Shown: positions 38,927 to 49,061 of the stretch, in pieces
Numbering within the stretch: the first letter of the stretch is position 1
Layout: each line of letters starts with the position of its first letter
Assembly: GCA_963662285.2 (NCBI GenBank)
Contig: CAXXMV010000002.1
Coordinates: 640,001 to 704,000, forward strand
Direction of reading: 5' to 3'
DNA from: a bacterium
GTDB lineage: Bacteria; Hinthialibacterota; Hinthialibacteria; Hinthialibacterales; Hinthialibacteraceae
Length of the DNA: 64,000 nucleotides
The notes under the pieces: generated by a model
Seen by the model: the letters and a program-made list of their open reading frames with translations, nothing else
What the model was told of the DNA's origin: nothing
Databases searched by the model: none
Program-made: the position numbers and the translations under genes

Positions 38927-40201
38927 TTATTGCTTTACAGGAAGATAAGCCAAATTCCTTGGTTCTTTTATTTTGAATAAAGCAATCAATAAAACGATTA
39001 TGCCAAAGAATGCCGAACAGAGAAAGATGCCTGAATAGTCTATATATAAAATCAGCCAACCAGCTAACATGCCGGATAGGTACAATGGGGCTAGAAAAGA
39101 AAAACTTATAGCGTAATAAGTCGGTCTATTTCTGGCGGCGCCGTATTCCAGCGCCATGCTGATGAAGGTAATGGTATGCATGGTTCGGTTGGCGCCAAGT
39201 AATAAAAATATCATACCAAACACAACGGGATTGGGCGCTAATATTGCCAGCAGCGATTGCAGGATCACTACTATACCAAAAAGGATGACATTCAGGCGCT
39301 GACCCCATTTATCCACTAAATAACCTATGAAATAAGATGAAATAAACTGACCGCACATATAGGTGCTGGTAAATGCTCCCGCCGCCGATGATGAGAGATT
39401 AAACTTCTTTACGCCATAGACTGCGAAGAATCCGAATGACATAAGCGATATCAGCATAAGCGCTTTAAGGATCAGAAACCAACGGAAATTACTATCGCGT
39501 ACGATGATCCGGGGTATTTTTCTGAAATAATAATTCTTCAAATTAGGCTTGGGCAGCCGGGGGCGTTTTGGCTCGCGTATTAAAGCCAGGCAGACTAAAG
39601 AAAATTGCATGAAAATAAATGCAATAAAAAAAAGGATTGAAAAATTAACGGGAAAACTGAAGGTTTTAAGGATGTAAGCAACCACAAAACCGGCCCCGAT
39701 ACCGACTATACCGGTAAAACCCTGCCGTAAGGCGAATAAACGGCCCATCAGGCGCCGGGGTATGGTAGTGGCGACATAATCACCCCATCCCGGACCAATG
39801 GCGCCAGCCGCCAGAAAAAACGCTGAAATTAATCCTAAAACAATATATACATATTTCCCATCATCCTTGATATCCGTAAAAAATAATAATAACGCAATCA
39901 TCAACCAGAAGAGGCGCATTATGAATCCGATTGATACCACCATTGGTTTAAGGCGACGCAGGGGTTGAATGAATGGCGCTGTGAAAATTTGGGGAATAGC
40001 GGCTCCCAATTCGGTTAAAGCAAAGACGCAGCCTATGGCGATTTCACTGCCCCCCAATTTATATATCAACACCGAAAGAACGATTTCAACAGAGGTAAAC
40101 GCAATGCCGCCCATAATAAAAACGCCGTCTAACAGGTGAAATGTAAAATTTCTGGCGGTATGATTATTGGCTGCGTCTTGAGTGATTGGAGTGCTCGACA
40201 T
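38927..40201 (-). CDS. MFS transporter
   Basis: About 12 hydrophobic segments; G.LVDKWG motif. Confidence 0.85.
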   Translation of the reverse strand: MSSTPITQDAANNHTARNFTFHLLDGVFIMGGIAFTSVEIVLSVLIYKLGGSEIAIGCVFALTELGAAIPQIFTAPFIQPLRRLKPMVVSIGFIMRLFWLMIALLLFFTDIKDDGKYVYIVLGLISAFFLAAGAIGPGWGDYVATTIPRRLMGRLFALRQGFTGIVGIGAGFVVAYILKTFSFPVNFSILFFIAFIFMQFSLVCLALIREPKRPRLPKPNLKNYYFRKIPRIIVRDSNFRWFLILKALMLISLMSFGFFAVYGVKKFNLSSSAAGAFTSTYMCGQFISSYFIGYLVDKWGQRLNVILFGIVVILQSLLAILAPNPVVFGMIFLLLGANRTMHTITFISMALEYGAARNRPTYYAISFSFLAPLYLSGMLAGWLILYIDYSGIFLCSAFFGIIVLLIALFKIKEPRNLAYLPVKQ

Positions 40202-40389
40202 AATTCCTTGAGTATTACATTAACTAGAGCGATTATCAAAATTATGTTAGTTTATTATCACATACAGTCTTCGAAAAAGAAAATCTTTTTGGCTTTTTCG
40301 AATCGCCAATCAGAACATTATTATGAAAACTACTCTAAAGCAGGCGTTGATAATGATTCCGCTGATTATTACCGTATCTCTATAACAAA

Positions 40390-40417
40390 CAAAGGGCGAC
40401 CATGCAGCCGCCCTTTG
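40390..40417. repeat. REP-like hairpin / possible terminator
   Basis: CAAAGGGCG...CGCCCTTTG, resembling the GGGCG..TGGTCGCCC core of the other units. Confidence 0.5.
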
Positions 40418-40441
40418 ATAATTTGTTTTGTCATTAATACC

Positions 40442-41320
40442 TTACGCCTGGAAGCGTTTGAGTAATTTAACGCAGGCTTTTATGCCGTCAAACTCGCTTA
40501 AACGCGATCCCTCATATTCCACGCCGACGTATCCGTGATATCCGGCGTCCAAGACTATTTTCATCATCCGGGCGAAATCAATTTTAGTTTCATTGCCATC
40601 TTCACCGAAATCATAGCATTTGGCGCTGACCGCTTTTGCGTATTTCATCAACGCTTCGACGGCGTCATACTTGTTGATTTCTTCAGGGAAATTGCCAAAA
40701 TCGGGTAATGTCCCGAAATTATCCACGCCAACTTTATCCATTAGACCACAGAGCCACTTGGGGTCGGATGAATATCCACCGTGGTTTTCGATGATGACGT
40801 TCATGCCGTATTGACGCCCATAAGTCGATAATTCATTGAAACTATCGGCGGCGTATTTCATCGCTTCACTGGGATCATCCTGATGGCCTGAGTTGCATCG
40901 GATGGAATGACAGCCCAGGACCGCGCCGATATCAAGCCATTTTTTATGATTAATCACGGCTTGAGTGCGCTCCTTGTGATTATCGGAACTCATATTGCCT
41001 TCATCATCACACATGATCAGCAAAATCTTGATGCCTTCATTTTCGGCGGTTTTTATCAGATTATTGAGATAACTATACTGCGGCGAGGGGAAGAAAGCGT
41101 TAACCAGTTCCAATCCAGTTGCGCCCGCTTCACGCGCCAGGCGAGGTTGATCAATCTGTTTTACTTCTCCAGCGAACAGCATTTTATGCCAAGACCATGC
41201 CGCGATGGATATATCAAATTTACCTTTTACCATCGTTTCACTCCCTCTCGCGATATTAGTTAGAGCGCCCACTGCCAGCAGGGCGCTTCCGGTTGTTTTT
41301 ATAAACTCTCTTCTTTGCAT
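40442..41320 (-). CDS. Tat-exported xylose-isomerase-like TIM-barrel protein
   Basis: QRREFIK; ENHGG, LPDFGNF, SAK and VEYEG. Confidence 0.88.
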   Translation of the reverse strand: MQRREFIKTTGSALLAVGALTNIARGSETMVKGKFDISIAAWSWHKMLFAGEVKQIDQPRLAREAGATGLELVNAFFPSPQYSYLNNLIKTAENEGIKILLIMCDDEGNMSSDNHKERTQAVINHKKWLDIGAVLGCHSIRCNSGHQDDPSEAMKYAADSFNELSTYGRQYGMNVIIENHGGYSSDPKWLCGLMDKVGVDNFGTLPDFGNFPEEINKYDAVEALMKYAKAVSAKCYDFGEDGNETKIDFARMMKIVLDAGYHGYVGVEYEGSRLSEFDGIKACVKLLKRFQA

Positions 41321-41389
41321 GATTTTCCTCTTTTGAAACGTAGCATTCTATGCATTGTACAAACATTATCTCTAAATAAGTAGTAATGC

Positions 41390-42847
41390 TTAATCAGTGT
41401 AAACCAGTTCAGGCTTCCTGGCTGCCGTCACTTCATCCAACCGGCGCACAGGAGTCTGATGGGGAGCATGAAGGACATGATCCGGATTGGTTTTATATTC
41501 TTCCAGGATTTCTTTTATTGCATCCACGAATTCATCCAGGGTGCGCTTCGATTCCGTTTCAGTAGGCTCAATCATCATGGCTTCCTTAACAATCAGCGGG
41601 AAATAGACCGTCGGCGCATGGAAGCCCCGGTCAAGCAGATTCTTGGCAATAGCCATTGTGTTTAAATCCCCGAAACGATCATGATCTTTAAGCGTCAGTA
41701 CAAACTCATGCATACAATCGCCATCCAACTCAGGGGGAATATAATCTTTCAATTGTTCCAGCATATAGCGTGCATTCAATACAGCGTTATAACTGTTGCT
41801 GCGGATGCCTTCCAAGCCCAGCATTCGCATGTAGACATAAGCGCGAAGCACAACGCCTACATTACCGAAAAAGGTTGATAGTTGTCCGATGCTTTTCTCT
41901 GATTGGCGCGTAATGGTATAGGTTCCATCTTCCTTGCTGATGATTGGAACGGGAAGATATGGCAGCAATTTCTGACAAACGCCTACCGGCCCGCTTCCCG
42001 GACCGCCGCCGCCGTGAGGCGTGGCGAATGTTTTATGCAGATTGAAATGCACTACGTTGAATCCCATATCTCCGGGACGCGCTATGCCCGCGATGGCGTT
42101 GAGGTTGGCGCCATCATAATAGAGTAAGGCCCCTGCTTCATGCGCCAGCCTTTGAATTTCCAGGATATTCTTTTCAAACAGACCGAGCGTATTTGGATTG
42201 GTTAACATCACTGCGGCTACATCTTTATTCAGATGATTCTTAAGTTGCTCAATATCGACGCAGCCATCCGGTCCGGATTTCAACTCTACTGTCTGGTATC
42301 CCACCATTGAGGCCGAAGCCGGATTGGTGCCATGAGATGAATCCGGCGCCAGTACAATAGAGCGCTTGTCGCCCCGGTCGTCATGATAAGCCTTAATCAG
42401 CATCATGCCGCACATCTCGCCATGAGCTCCGGCGCAGGGATTGAGCGTTACTCCAGCCATACCGGTCAAGTCAGCCAGATACTGCTGGATTTCCACCATA
42501 ATGCGCAATGTTCCCTGAGAGACATCTTGCCCGGATTCGGGGTGAAGACCTGTGAATCCCGACAGCTGGGAAAGCGCATCGTTTATCTTTGGATTGTACT
42601 TCATAGTACACGAGCCAAGTGGGTAGAAGCCGCTGTCGATACTGAAATTCTTACGCGACAAACGGGTGAAATGACGCACCACTTCCGGCTCGCTGACTAC
42701 GGGGAAATCAAGTGGAGCGCTGCGCAGCGCCTCATCGGGCAAGAGTTCATCAATTGGTGACGTCCCTTCTGGTTCAGAAAACCAGATGCGCCCCTCGCCT
42801 TTATGATCCAATTCAAATACTGTCGGTTCGTATGCATCCAGTGGCAT
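41390..42847 (-). CDS. gcvPB: Glycine dehydrogenase (decarboxylating) subunit 2
   Basis: YPLGSCTMKYNP, HGTNPAS, YYDGAN and NLHKTF.TPHGGGGPG. Confidence 0.97.
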   Translation of the reverse strand: MPLDAYEPTVFELDHKGEGRIWFSEPEGTSPIDELLPDEALRSAPLDFPVVSEPEVVRHFTRLSRKNFSIDSGFYPLGSCTMKYNPKINDALSQLSGFTGLHPESGQDVSQGTLRIMVEIQQYLADLTGMAGVTLNPCAGAHGEMCGMMLIKAYHDDRGDKRSIVLAPDSSHGTNPASASMVGYQTVELKSGPDGCVDIEQLKNHLNKDVAAVMLTNPNTLGLFEKNILEIQRLAHEAGALLYYDGANLNAIAGIARPGDMGFNVVHFNLHKTFATPHGGGGPGSGPVGVCQKLLPYLPVPIISKEDGTYTITRQSEKSIGQLSTFFGNVGVVLRAYVYMRMLGLEGIRSNSYNAVLNARYMLEQLKDYIPPELDGDCMHEFVLTLKDHDRFGDLNTMAIAKNLLDRGFHAPTVYFPLIVKEAMMIEPTETESKRTLDEFVDAIKEILEEYKTNPDHVLHAPHQTPVRRLDEVTAARKPELVYTD

Positions 42848-42859
42848 GGCGTTAATCCT

Positions 42860-44197
42860 CTATTCCAAAATTCGGGTTAATACGTCGATATAAAAATCAA
42901 TATCTACTGCTTTAGTTTTTTCTGTGGCGCAGACCAATAGTCCGTCTTTTTCAGGAGACTCCGCTGATTCAATCCGAATACCTGAAAGCAAACCAAGTTC
43001 TCGAGCTGTATCAACGAATGATTCAACCGGCATGGGCAGATTAATGACGAACTCATTAAAGAATGGTTTGTCGAAAGCAAGATTAACGCCATCAATTCCA
43101 CACAAGCGTTTTTGTAATAAATGGGCGTTCCGAACGCTCATTTCAGCCGCCTGGCGCAATCCATTCGGCCCCATCAGCGACATATAAATAGTCGCCATCA
43201 AGGCGCATAAGCCCTGGTTGGTGCAGATATTGGAGGTCGCTTTTGATCTACGGATATGTTGTTCGCGGGTTTGCAGGGTCAAGACGTATCCTGTTTTGCC
43301 ATCCGCATCTTTGGTGCGTCCCACCAATCGACCCGGTAGTTGGCGTACATGCTTCTGTTTGCAAGAGACGAATCCGGCGAACGGGCCGCCAAATTGAACT
43401 GGCATGCCAAGTGATTGTAAATCGCCCACTACTATTTCAGCGCCCCATTCGCCTGGAGGTTTTAGCAGCCCCAAAGAATGAGGATATACCACCGCTCCCA
43501 GCAGGCATTTTGGTGCGCTTATAGCTGAACGGAACTGATCGACTGGTTCCAGGTTTCCGAAATAGTTGGGATTCTGAACGAAGCAGGCGGCGAACTCATC
43601 ATTTACCATTGATGTCAATTGCTCGATATCGGTAACGCCGTCGCTGCATGGAATTTCCACCCACTCAATACCCGGCGCGTCAAGGTAGGTCTTCATTACC
43701 CGAAGGTAGTGTGGATTTATGCTTGAAGATACAGCAATTTTTTCTTTACGGGTGATCCGGCAGGCCATCAAGGCCGCTTCAGCTAAGGCTGATGCGCCGT
43801 CATAGACCGAAGCGTTGGCTGTATCCATACCGGTCAACCGGCTCATGAAGGTTTGAAATTCAAAGATGGCTTGCAGCGTACCCTGGCTTACTTCCGGCTG
43901 ATAGGGGGTGTAAGCCGTAATAAATTCGCTGCGCGATGCAAGAGATGGAATGGCCTGAGGCGTATAGTGATCATAAGCGCCGCCTCCAAGAAACGAGGGC
44001 ATCTTGGCGCCCCGGTTCGCTTCAGCGGCAGCATTCATTAAGTCGCCGATTTCCAGTTCAGTCATTGGCTCAGGAAAGGGAATATCGGGATTATGCAACT
44101 GCTCTGGAATAGTGCGGAACAGGTCGTTCGGGTTTTCCAGTCCGACTGTTTGCAGCATCTCCCGGAATTCTTCCTGAGTATGGGGAATAAAGTCCAT
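42860..44197 (-). CDS. gcvPA: Glycine dehydrogenase (decarboxylating) subunit 1
   Basis: TAYTPYQPEVSQG.LQ, NAS.YDG and TLQTREQHIRR.KATSNICTNQ. Confidence 0.97.
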   Translation of the reverse strand: MDFIPHTQEEFREMLQTVGLENPNDLFRTIPEQLHNPDIPFPEPMTELEIGDLMNAAAEANRGAKMPSFLGGGAYDHYTPQAIPSLASRSEFITAYTPYQPEVSQGTLQAIFEFQTFMSRLTGMDTANASVYDGASALAEAALMACRITRKEKIAVSSSINPHYLRVMKTYLDAPGIEWVEIPCSDGVTDIEQLTSMVNDEFAACFVQNPNYFGNLEPVDQFRSAISAPKCLLGAVVYPHSLGLLKPPGEWGAEIVVGDLQSLGMPVQFGGPFAGFVSCKQKHVRQLPGRLVGRTKDADGKTGYVLTLQTREQHIRRSKATSNICTNQGLCALMATIYMSLMGPNGLRQAAEMSVRNAHLLQKRLCGIDGVNLAFDKPFFNEFVINLPMPVESFVDTARELGLLSGIRIESAESPEKDGLLVCATEKTKAVDIDFYIDVLTRILE

Positions 44198-44278
44198 GCG
44201 AAACTCCTAAATCATATTAATATGCAAATTACTCTTGTTCTTTAACCAGTAATAAAAGTTGAATGTCCTATACGAAAA

Positions 44279-44304
44279 GTAGAGCGCGCCCCTTGTGGGC
44301 GCCC
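44279..44304 (+). repeat. GTAG REP-like unit
   Basis: GTAGAGCGCGCCCCTTGTGGGCGCCC shares the CCCTTGTGG core with 21786..21812. Confidence 0.6.
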
Positions 44305-44366
44305 GAATTAATCAAAACCTATTGTTAATCCCGATGATTCACCACAAAAAAACCGAATAATCAAGT

Positions 44367-44399
44367 CCCCTCTCCCCCCTGGGAAAGGGCTATGGTGAG
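44367..44399. repeat. C/G-run palindromic repeat (CCCCTCTCCC..GGGAAAGGG family)
   Basis: Resembles the arms of the 51866..51954 element. Confidence 0.45.
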
Positions 44400-44426
44400 T
44401 ACGAAACGATAGAAAGACACAGAGTT

Positions 44427-44810
44427 TTATGCGCTTTGAGCAATATGATTCGTATAATCTTCAGCATCCATCAGGCTATCAAGTTGTGATGCATCGCTCA
44501 ATTCCAATTTGAATATCCAGCCGTCACCGTACGGATCACGGTTAACCAGCGCGGGATCATCCTCCAACGCTTCATTAATTGCGGTTACCTTACCCGCTAC
44601 GGGAGCATACATCTCTGCGGCGATCTTGCACGATTCAATAACAGCGCATTCATCTCCCTGGTTCATTTCCTGATCAATTTCGGGGACTTCGACAAAAACA
44701 ACATCTGACAATTGATCCTGCGCGTAATGGGTAATGCCAACCGTTGCAACATTTCCGTCTATCCGCACCCATTCATGTGATTCAGCATATTTTAAGTCTT
44801 GCGGTATCAT
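44427..44810 (-). CDS. gcvH: Glycine cleavage system H protein
   Basis: YAESHEW, GIT.YAQ..L, lipoyl-Lys motif ESCKIA and N.DPYG.GW. Confidence 0.97.
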   Translation of the reverse strand: MIPQDLKYAESHEWVRIDGNVATVGITHYAQDQLSDVVFVEVPEIDQEMNQGDECAVIESCKIAAEMYAPVAGKVTAINEALEDDPALVNRDPYGDGWIFKLELSDASQLDSLMDAEDYTNHIAQSA

Positions 44811-44856
44811 TATTAATTCCTTTGTAATGTGGTTATTATATTGAATATATCAGATA

Positions 44857-45927
44857 TTACCCTATCGTATGATTTGGAACGAAGGGTGGTTTTTTCACTT
44901 TAGCGGGGACTTTTTTACCCCGGATTTCGACGCTTAATGCCCCGGATTGTTTCCAGTTCTTCTCGACCAGGGCCATACCGATTCCTTGTTGTAATTGGGG
45001 AGAAAAGCCGCCGCTGGTGGTTTTGCCGATTTCTTTATCGCCATCAAACAATAAACAACCCTCGCGTGGAATTCCACGGCTAGTCAGTTGATACCCGATG
45101 CGCCGCCGGACGCTTCCTGTTTCGAATTCTTCTTGCAGAGCCTTTTTTCCGATGAAATCGTCTTTATCCAGATTAACCACCCATTTCAAGCCAGCTTCCA
45201 ATGGAGAGATATTCTCGTCTAATTCATGACCGTATAGCGGGTAGCCCATTTCAAGCCGCAGAATATCCCGTGATCCCAACCCGCAAGGAGTTGCTCCGCA
45301 TTCAACGGCTCTGTTCCATAAAGAATTTATTTTGCCAAATGGAGTAGTGATTTCGAAACCGTTTTCTCCGGTGTATCCTGTCCGCGAAACATAAACGCCG
45401 CCACTTAGTTCCAGCGCCTTGAAATATTTCAAGTCGCTTAGATCCGTGTTAAACAGTTCACTTACGATTGGAGTAGATTCTGGTCCCTGCAAGGCGATCA
45501 TTGCCGTTTCCTGAGTCCGGTCCACCAAAACATCTTTGCCCCTAAGATGCTCCATAAACCAGAGTTTCAGTTTATCCCGGTTGGAAGCATTCACTACGAC
45601 TAGAAATGAATCTTCTTCCAGACAGGTTATCAAAATATCGTCTTTAACGCCCCCATCAAGATTGCAAACTACGCTGTAGCGTACTGCTCCAGGTTTAAGA
45701 TCAGAAATATGAGACGGAACCAGACGACTCAAGCCATGAGCCGCTCCAGCGCCAGAAAGGAAAAAGCGTCCCATATGGCTGACATCGAATATCCCGGAGG
45801 ATTCTCGCACTGCCTTATACTCCGCAGTGATTGATTCATATTGCACAGGCATTTCCCACCCGGCGTAATCAACCATTCGGGCATTCAAAGTTATGTGTTC
45901 ATTATGTAATGGAGTTTTGCAAACCAT
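44857..45927 (-). CDS. gcvT: Glycine cleavage system aminomethyltransferase T
   Basis: KTPL, GW.MPVQY, FDVSHMG, RTGYTGE.GFE and RD.LRLE.GYPLYG. Confidence 0.97.
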   Translation of the reverse strand: MVCKTPLHNEHITLNARMVDYAGWEMPVQYESITAEYKAVRESSGIFDVSHMGRFFLSGAGAAHGLSRLVPSHISDLKPGAVRYSVVCNLDGGVKDDILITCLEEDSFLVVVNASNRDKLKLWFMEHLRGKDVLVDRTQETAMIALQGPESTPIVSELFNTDLSDLKYFKALELSGGVYVSRTGYTGENGFEITTPFGKINSLWNRAVECGATPCGLGSRDILRLEMGYPLYGHELDENISPLEAGLKWVVNLDKDDFIGKKALQEEFETGSVRRRIGYQLTSRGIPREGCLLFDGDKEIGKTTSGGFSPQLQQGIGMALVEKNWKQSGALSVEIRGKKVPAKVKKPPFVPNHTIG

Positions 45928-46179
45928 GAGCCGATCCTGTAATTCTGAATTTACGCATAAGATTTTATTGTATCACTAAAATTACTCTGAAACACTGAAC
46001 AATTTGTTTATTAAATTAAACCAGCGCTTTATATTGATTCTTTTGAATTGCTAATGAGCATGAGAGAGACAGTCAAATTGACCTATCCCTCATTTTGACC
46101 GAATCTATGGTCCATCTATTAACTCGTATAACATACTCAATATACAATATTTACATTTATTTCTGATAATTATTAATAT

Positions 46180-46196
46180 TTGGCGCAAGACTTGCT
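46180..46196 (+). promoter_or_regulatory. sigma54 -24/-12 promoter
   Basis: TTGGCGC-AAGAC-TTGCT about 70 bp upstream of 46268; palindrome GTCAAATTGAC near 46072 is a candidate enhancer site. Confidence 0.75.
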
Positions 46197-46267
46197 TTAA
46201 TACATCCTGAAACAAAGTCACTAAGATTGATCGGGATTACCCAACTAGACAAACAATCAGAAAGAAG

Positions 46268-47044
46268 GTGATCAAAGTGCCCGATCTTAAAGGTTTTTTC
46301 CATCCTACGCAAAGTATAGAAAGCCTATTGCCAACAATCCTGGTATTGTTGATATTGATGCTTATTGCTCTCGCTTTATGGGCCATATATTCAATATATC
46401 AGGACTTCATTTCCAAATCCAATGCCTGGAGAAGATTTAGAAGTCTATCTAAACGATATAATATCTCCCGGAATGAAGTTTATTTATTGCGTACCTTGGC
46501 CGAAAAAGCCAATATAACGCATCCTAGCCATATACTTACTGATTCTAATTTGTTTGGTAAAATCGTTCAATCGGTAGAGAGAAAGGGCAGCCGGAAAGAT
46601 CAGCGCCTGATTCTATCTCTGCGAAAGAAACTGTTTAATCAGACTTTGACGCCCGATCAATCCATCAGTTCCACTCATTCTCTGACTGGCGGAATTCGCT
46701 TGTTTATCAAAAGCCCCACTGATTCCAGCAAAGCAATCTGGGGACATCTGGTTGATAACGAAGAGAGAGGTTTGATCGTTGCCATTCCATACAATCGCGA
46801 TTTCCATTTCCCTATGCGTATTGAACCGCATCTGGAAATAACCGCCTACATCCCGAACCACAATCCGGCCACCTTTATAACCTGGGTAAAGTCTATCATT
46901 CCAGGCCCTGAAAAGATGATTATTCTTGAACATTCTAACTTTGTTATCGAGAAAAAGACAGCACAACAAAGTGGGCAATCGGATTTTTACAGTAGAGTAA
47001 AACGCGGGACGCGAACTCCTACCTCTTTCCCCGCTCATGCCTAA
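46268..47044 (+). CDS. Membrane-anchored YcgR/PilZN-like protein lacking a C-terminal PilZ domain
   Basis: Single N-terminal TM and helical linker, then ISST..L..G..L....G.LV.N....L...P...F.T.V......ILEHS beta-barrel pattern; the family assignment is by eye. Confidence 0.55.
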   Translation: MIKVPDLKGFFHPTQSIESLLPTILVLLILMLIALALWAIYSIYQDFISKSNAWRRFRSLSKRYNISRNEVYLLRTLAEKANITHPSHILTDSNLFGKIVQSVERKGSRKDQRLILSLRKKLFNQTLTPDQSISSTHSLTGGIRLFIKSPTDSSKAIWGHLVDNEERGLIVAIPYNRDFHFPMRIEPHLEITAYIPNHNPATFITWVKSIIPGPEKMIILEHSNFVIEKKTAQQSGQSDFYSRVKRGTRTPTSFPAHA

Positions 47045-47078
47045 CACTCTTGCTAACCATAAATGTTGAGCAGATAAG

Positions 47079-47115
47079 TCCCCCTCCCACCTGAAGAGCA
47101 TCAAGGTGAGGGGGA
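47079..47115 (+). terminator. GC-rich stem-loop after 46268..47044
   Basis: TCCCCCTC(CC)ACCT...AGGTGAGGGGGA; no clear U-tail. Confidence 0.4.
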
Positions 47116-47362
47116 AACAAGTATAATTCAGGCGCGCCATCACTATAAATCCATAAAAAAATGAGATATAGCGAGACCTTTTGCAGGGGGGCTTCGTTTT
47201 TCTTAATGAAATCGATATCCTAGATTGATTCTTATAACAAAATGGTTTTAAGCGGCTGTTTGATATTTCTGAAGTTTTTACTATATATGGAACCTTAAAC
47301 AGTCTAAGTTTGAATCCGTACTTGTTTTTGGCAGCCGCTATATCCATAATCAATCAAAATTT

Positions 47363-48169
47363 ATGTTTCGGGAAGAATTCATGAGCGATGTTCGTAGAAG
47401 AAAAAGCCGATCCCCCAAGACTATTCAACCAGTAAATGATGCCAAGCCGGTCGAGAAAGAAATAGTACAGGAAGTGCATGTCAATGCCTGGTCGCTATTT
47501 GCACGGGCAGCATTCGTTGCTGCTCTGGTGTTATTGGTTGGATTTATCCTGACTTTGACCGCGACTCTGGTTTATGATTTTAAGGATTTACCCAATTTGG
47601 GCCGAGTCCAGTATGACAACACCTTGAATAAGCAAACTTATTATTTTTATTACCCATCGTTGCAAAAATTTTCGATTTTTGAAAATGCTCTTAACCCGAC
47701 TACCGAGACTGAATTTACCAAAATTGGCAATATCGGAACCGGATTTTTCGTATTTTCTGTAATCAACACCTTTCATTGGGTGATGGAGATCGGATTTGGC
47801 AGCCTGGGTGGAATGATTCTGATCCCGATTTTTGTCTTGATTATAGGATCATCAATTTTCTTCTTCAATCTATTGCCTTATTCAATGCAAAAGCCCGAGA
47901 ACGCCCTTCCTGTTGGCATTGGGATATCCATGCTTCACTCGTTTATGCTGCTTATCTTGTTCTTTATCGTTCTACAATTATTCCCTGAATATGGTACCTT
48001 ATTTTCAAAACAATATTTCTATTCGGGCGACGTTATCATGACCACCACCCGTGCAGGAGCGCCTATTATGCTGCTTACCGGATTCACCTATGGCGCCATT
48101 GCCGGTGGAATATTATATTGCATGGTTTATGCTAAGGCGCTTATATTCAATGGAGAGGTTATTAAGTAA
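47363..48169 (+). CDS. Hypothetical multi-pass membrane protein
   Basis: Basic N-terminus followed by about 4-5 hydrophobic segments; start may be 47381. Confidence 0.7.
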   Translation: MFREEFMSDVRRRKSRSPKTIQPVNDAKPVEKEIVQEVHVNAWSLFARAAFVAALVLLVGFILTLTATLVYDFKDLPNLGRVQYDNTLNKQTYYFYYPSLQKFSIFENALNPTTETEFTKIGNIGTGFFVFSVINTFHWVMEIGFGSLGGMILIPIFVLIIGSSIFFFNLLPYSMQKPENALPVGIGISMLHSFMLLILFFIVLQLFPEYGTLFSKQYFYSGDVIMTTTRAGAPIMLLTGFTYGAIAGGILYCMVYAKALIFNGEVIK

Positions 48170-48213
48170 ATATAGCCCGCTCTGTTTTTTAAAGTATTGC
48201 ATTCTGAGCGCCC

Positions 48214-49053
48214 TCAGTTATATTCAATACGCAAACCTACGCCTACTTCTTTGAGGTTGGTGACGTGGGCCAACGCGATTTTTGATTGGATATCCGTGCA
48301 ATGACAGGCGTGAACCTCTCCAGGGCGTAATTGCCGGAAATAATCCAGGGTTCCCTGTAATTGTTCCTTGGATGGATCAAGTAGATGCAATCCTCCAATG
48401 ATATCAATTACCCTATCCATCCCGCAGACTTTCTTGGCGTACTCTACGATATTGCATATCCCCGCATGTGAACAGCCAGTAATTACTACCAGGCCTTTGG
48501 CTGATTTATAAGCCAGCGCGGTATCATCGAATATTAAATCAGGTTTGTTTTCTTTATCGATAATAACATCTCCAATGGGCTGCTTGGCTTCAAAATTATT
48601 TTTTCGCTCAATTTCACCCAGATAAACCAGTTTATCCGAAATCCATACCGGATTTTCTGATAACTGGATATCAAAATGTCTGGACGCTTTCTCTTCAGAC
48701 AACGCCATACCGATTTCTCCCAAACCGCCAATCGTTTTTGTATCGAAAACTCTTGGATGGGCTAACAATTCAGGCTGCTTGTATGGAACGCTCTCGATTT
48801 TTGATTCAAGATTCAGTCGTATAAGAGCATCCAGCCCCCAGGTGTGATCCAAATGACCGTGAGATAGGATGACGCTATCAATATCTGTCAGAGGGATATT
48901 CATTTTCTGAGCATTAATCAGAAATGCATTGGAATATCCCACATCAAAGAGTATTTTCTTGTTGTTTTCTTCGATATAAAACGATAGTCCCGGTTCACCC
49001 AGAAAATAGCGGTCAATTAATGTGTTGTTATCAATCAGAACGGTGAGTTTCAT
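48214..49053 (-). CDS. MBL-fold metallohydrolase (COG1237-like)
   Basis: GLSFYIE, LFD.G, SHGH.DH, GCSHAG..N, GG.H and CHCT. Confidence 0.9.
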   Translation of the reverse strand: MKLTVLIDNNTLIDRYFLGEPGLSFYIEENNKKILFDVGYSNAFLINAQKMNIPLTDIDSVILSHGHLDHTWGLDALIRLNLESKIESVPYKQPELLAHPRVFDTKTIGGLGEIGMALSEEKASRHFDIQLSENPVWISDKLVYLGEIERKNNFEAKQPIGDVIIDKENKPDLIFDDTALAYKSAKGLVVITGCSHAGICNIVEYAKKVCGMDRVIDIIGGLHLLDPSKEQLQGTLDYFRQLRPGEVHACHCTDIQSKIALAHVTNLKEVGVGLRIEYN

Positions 49054-49061
49054 TTTTCCCC

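Noticed and set aside
45928-46180. Glycine riboswitch upstream of gcvT
   Set aside because: No GGAGA...CCGAAG...CUCUCAGG core on the minus strand; the region is AT-rich.
46613-47353. 246-aa minus-strand ORF
   Set aside because: It is antisense to the sigma54-preceded gene, has no recognisable motifs and crosses a hairpin. The other short overlapping ORFs in the track were likewise treated as shadows.
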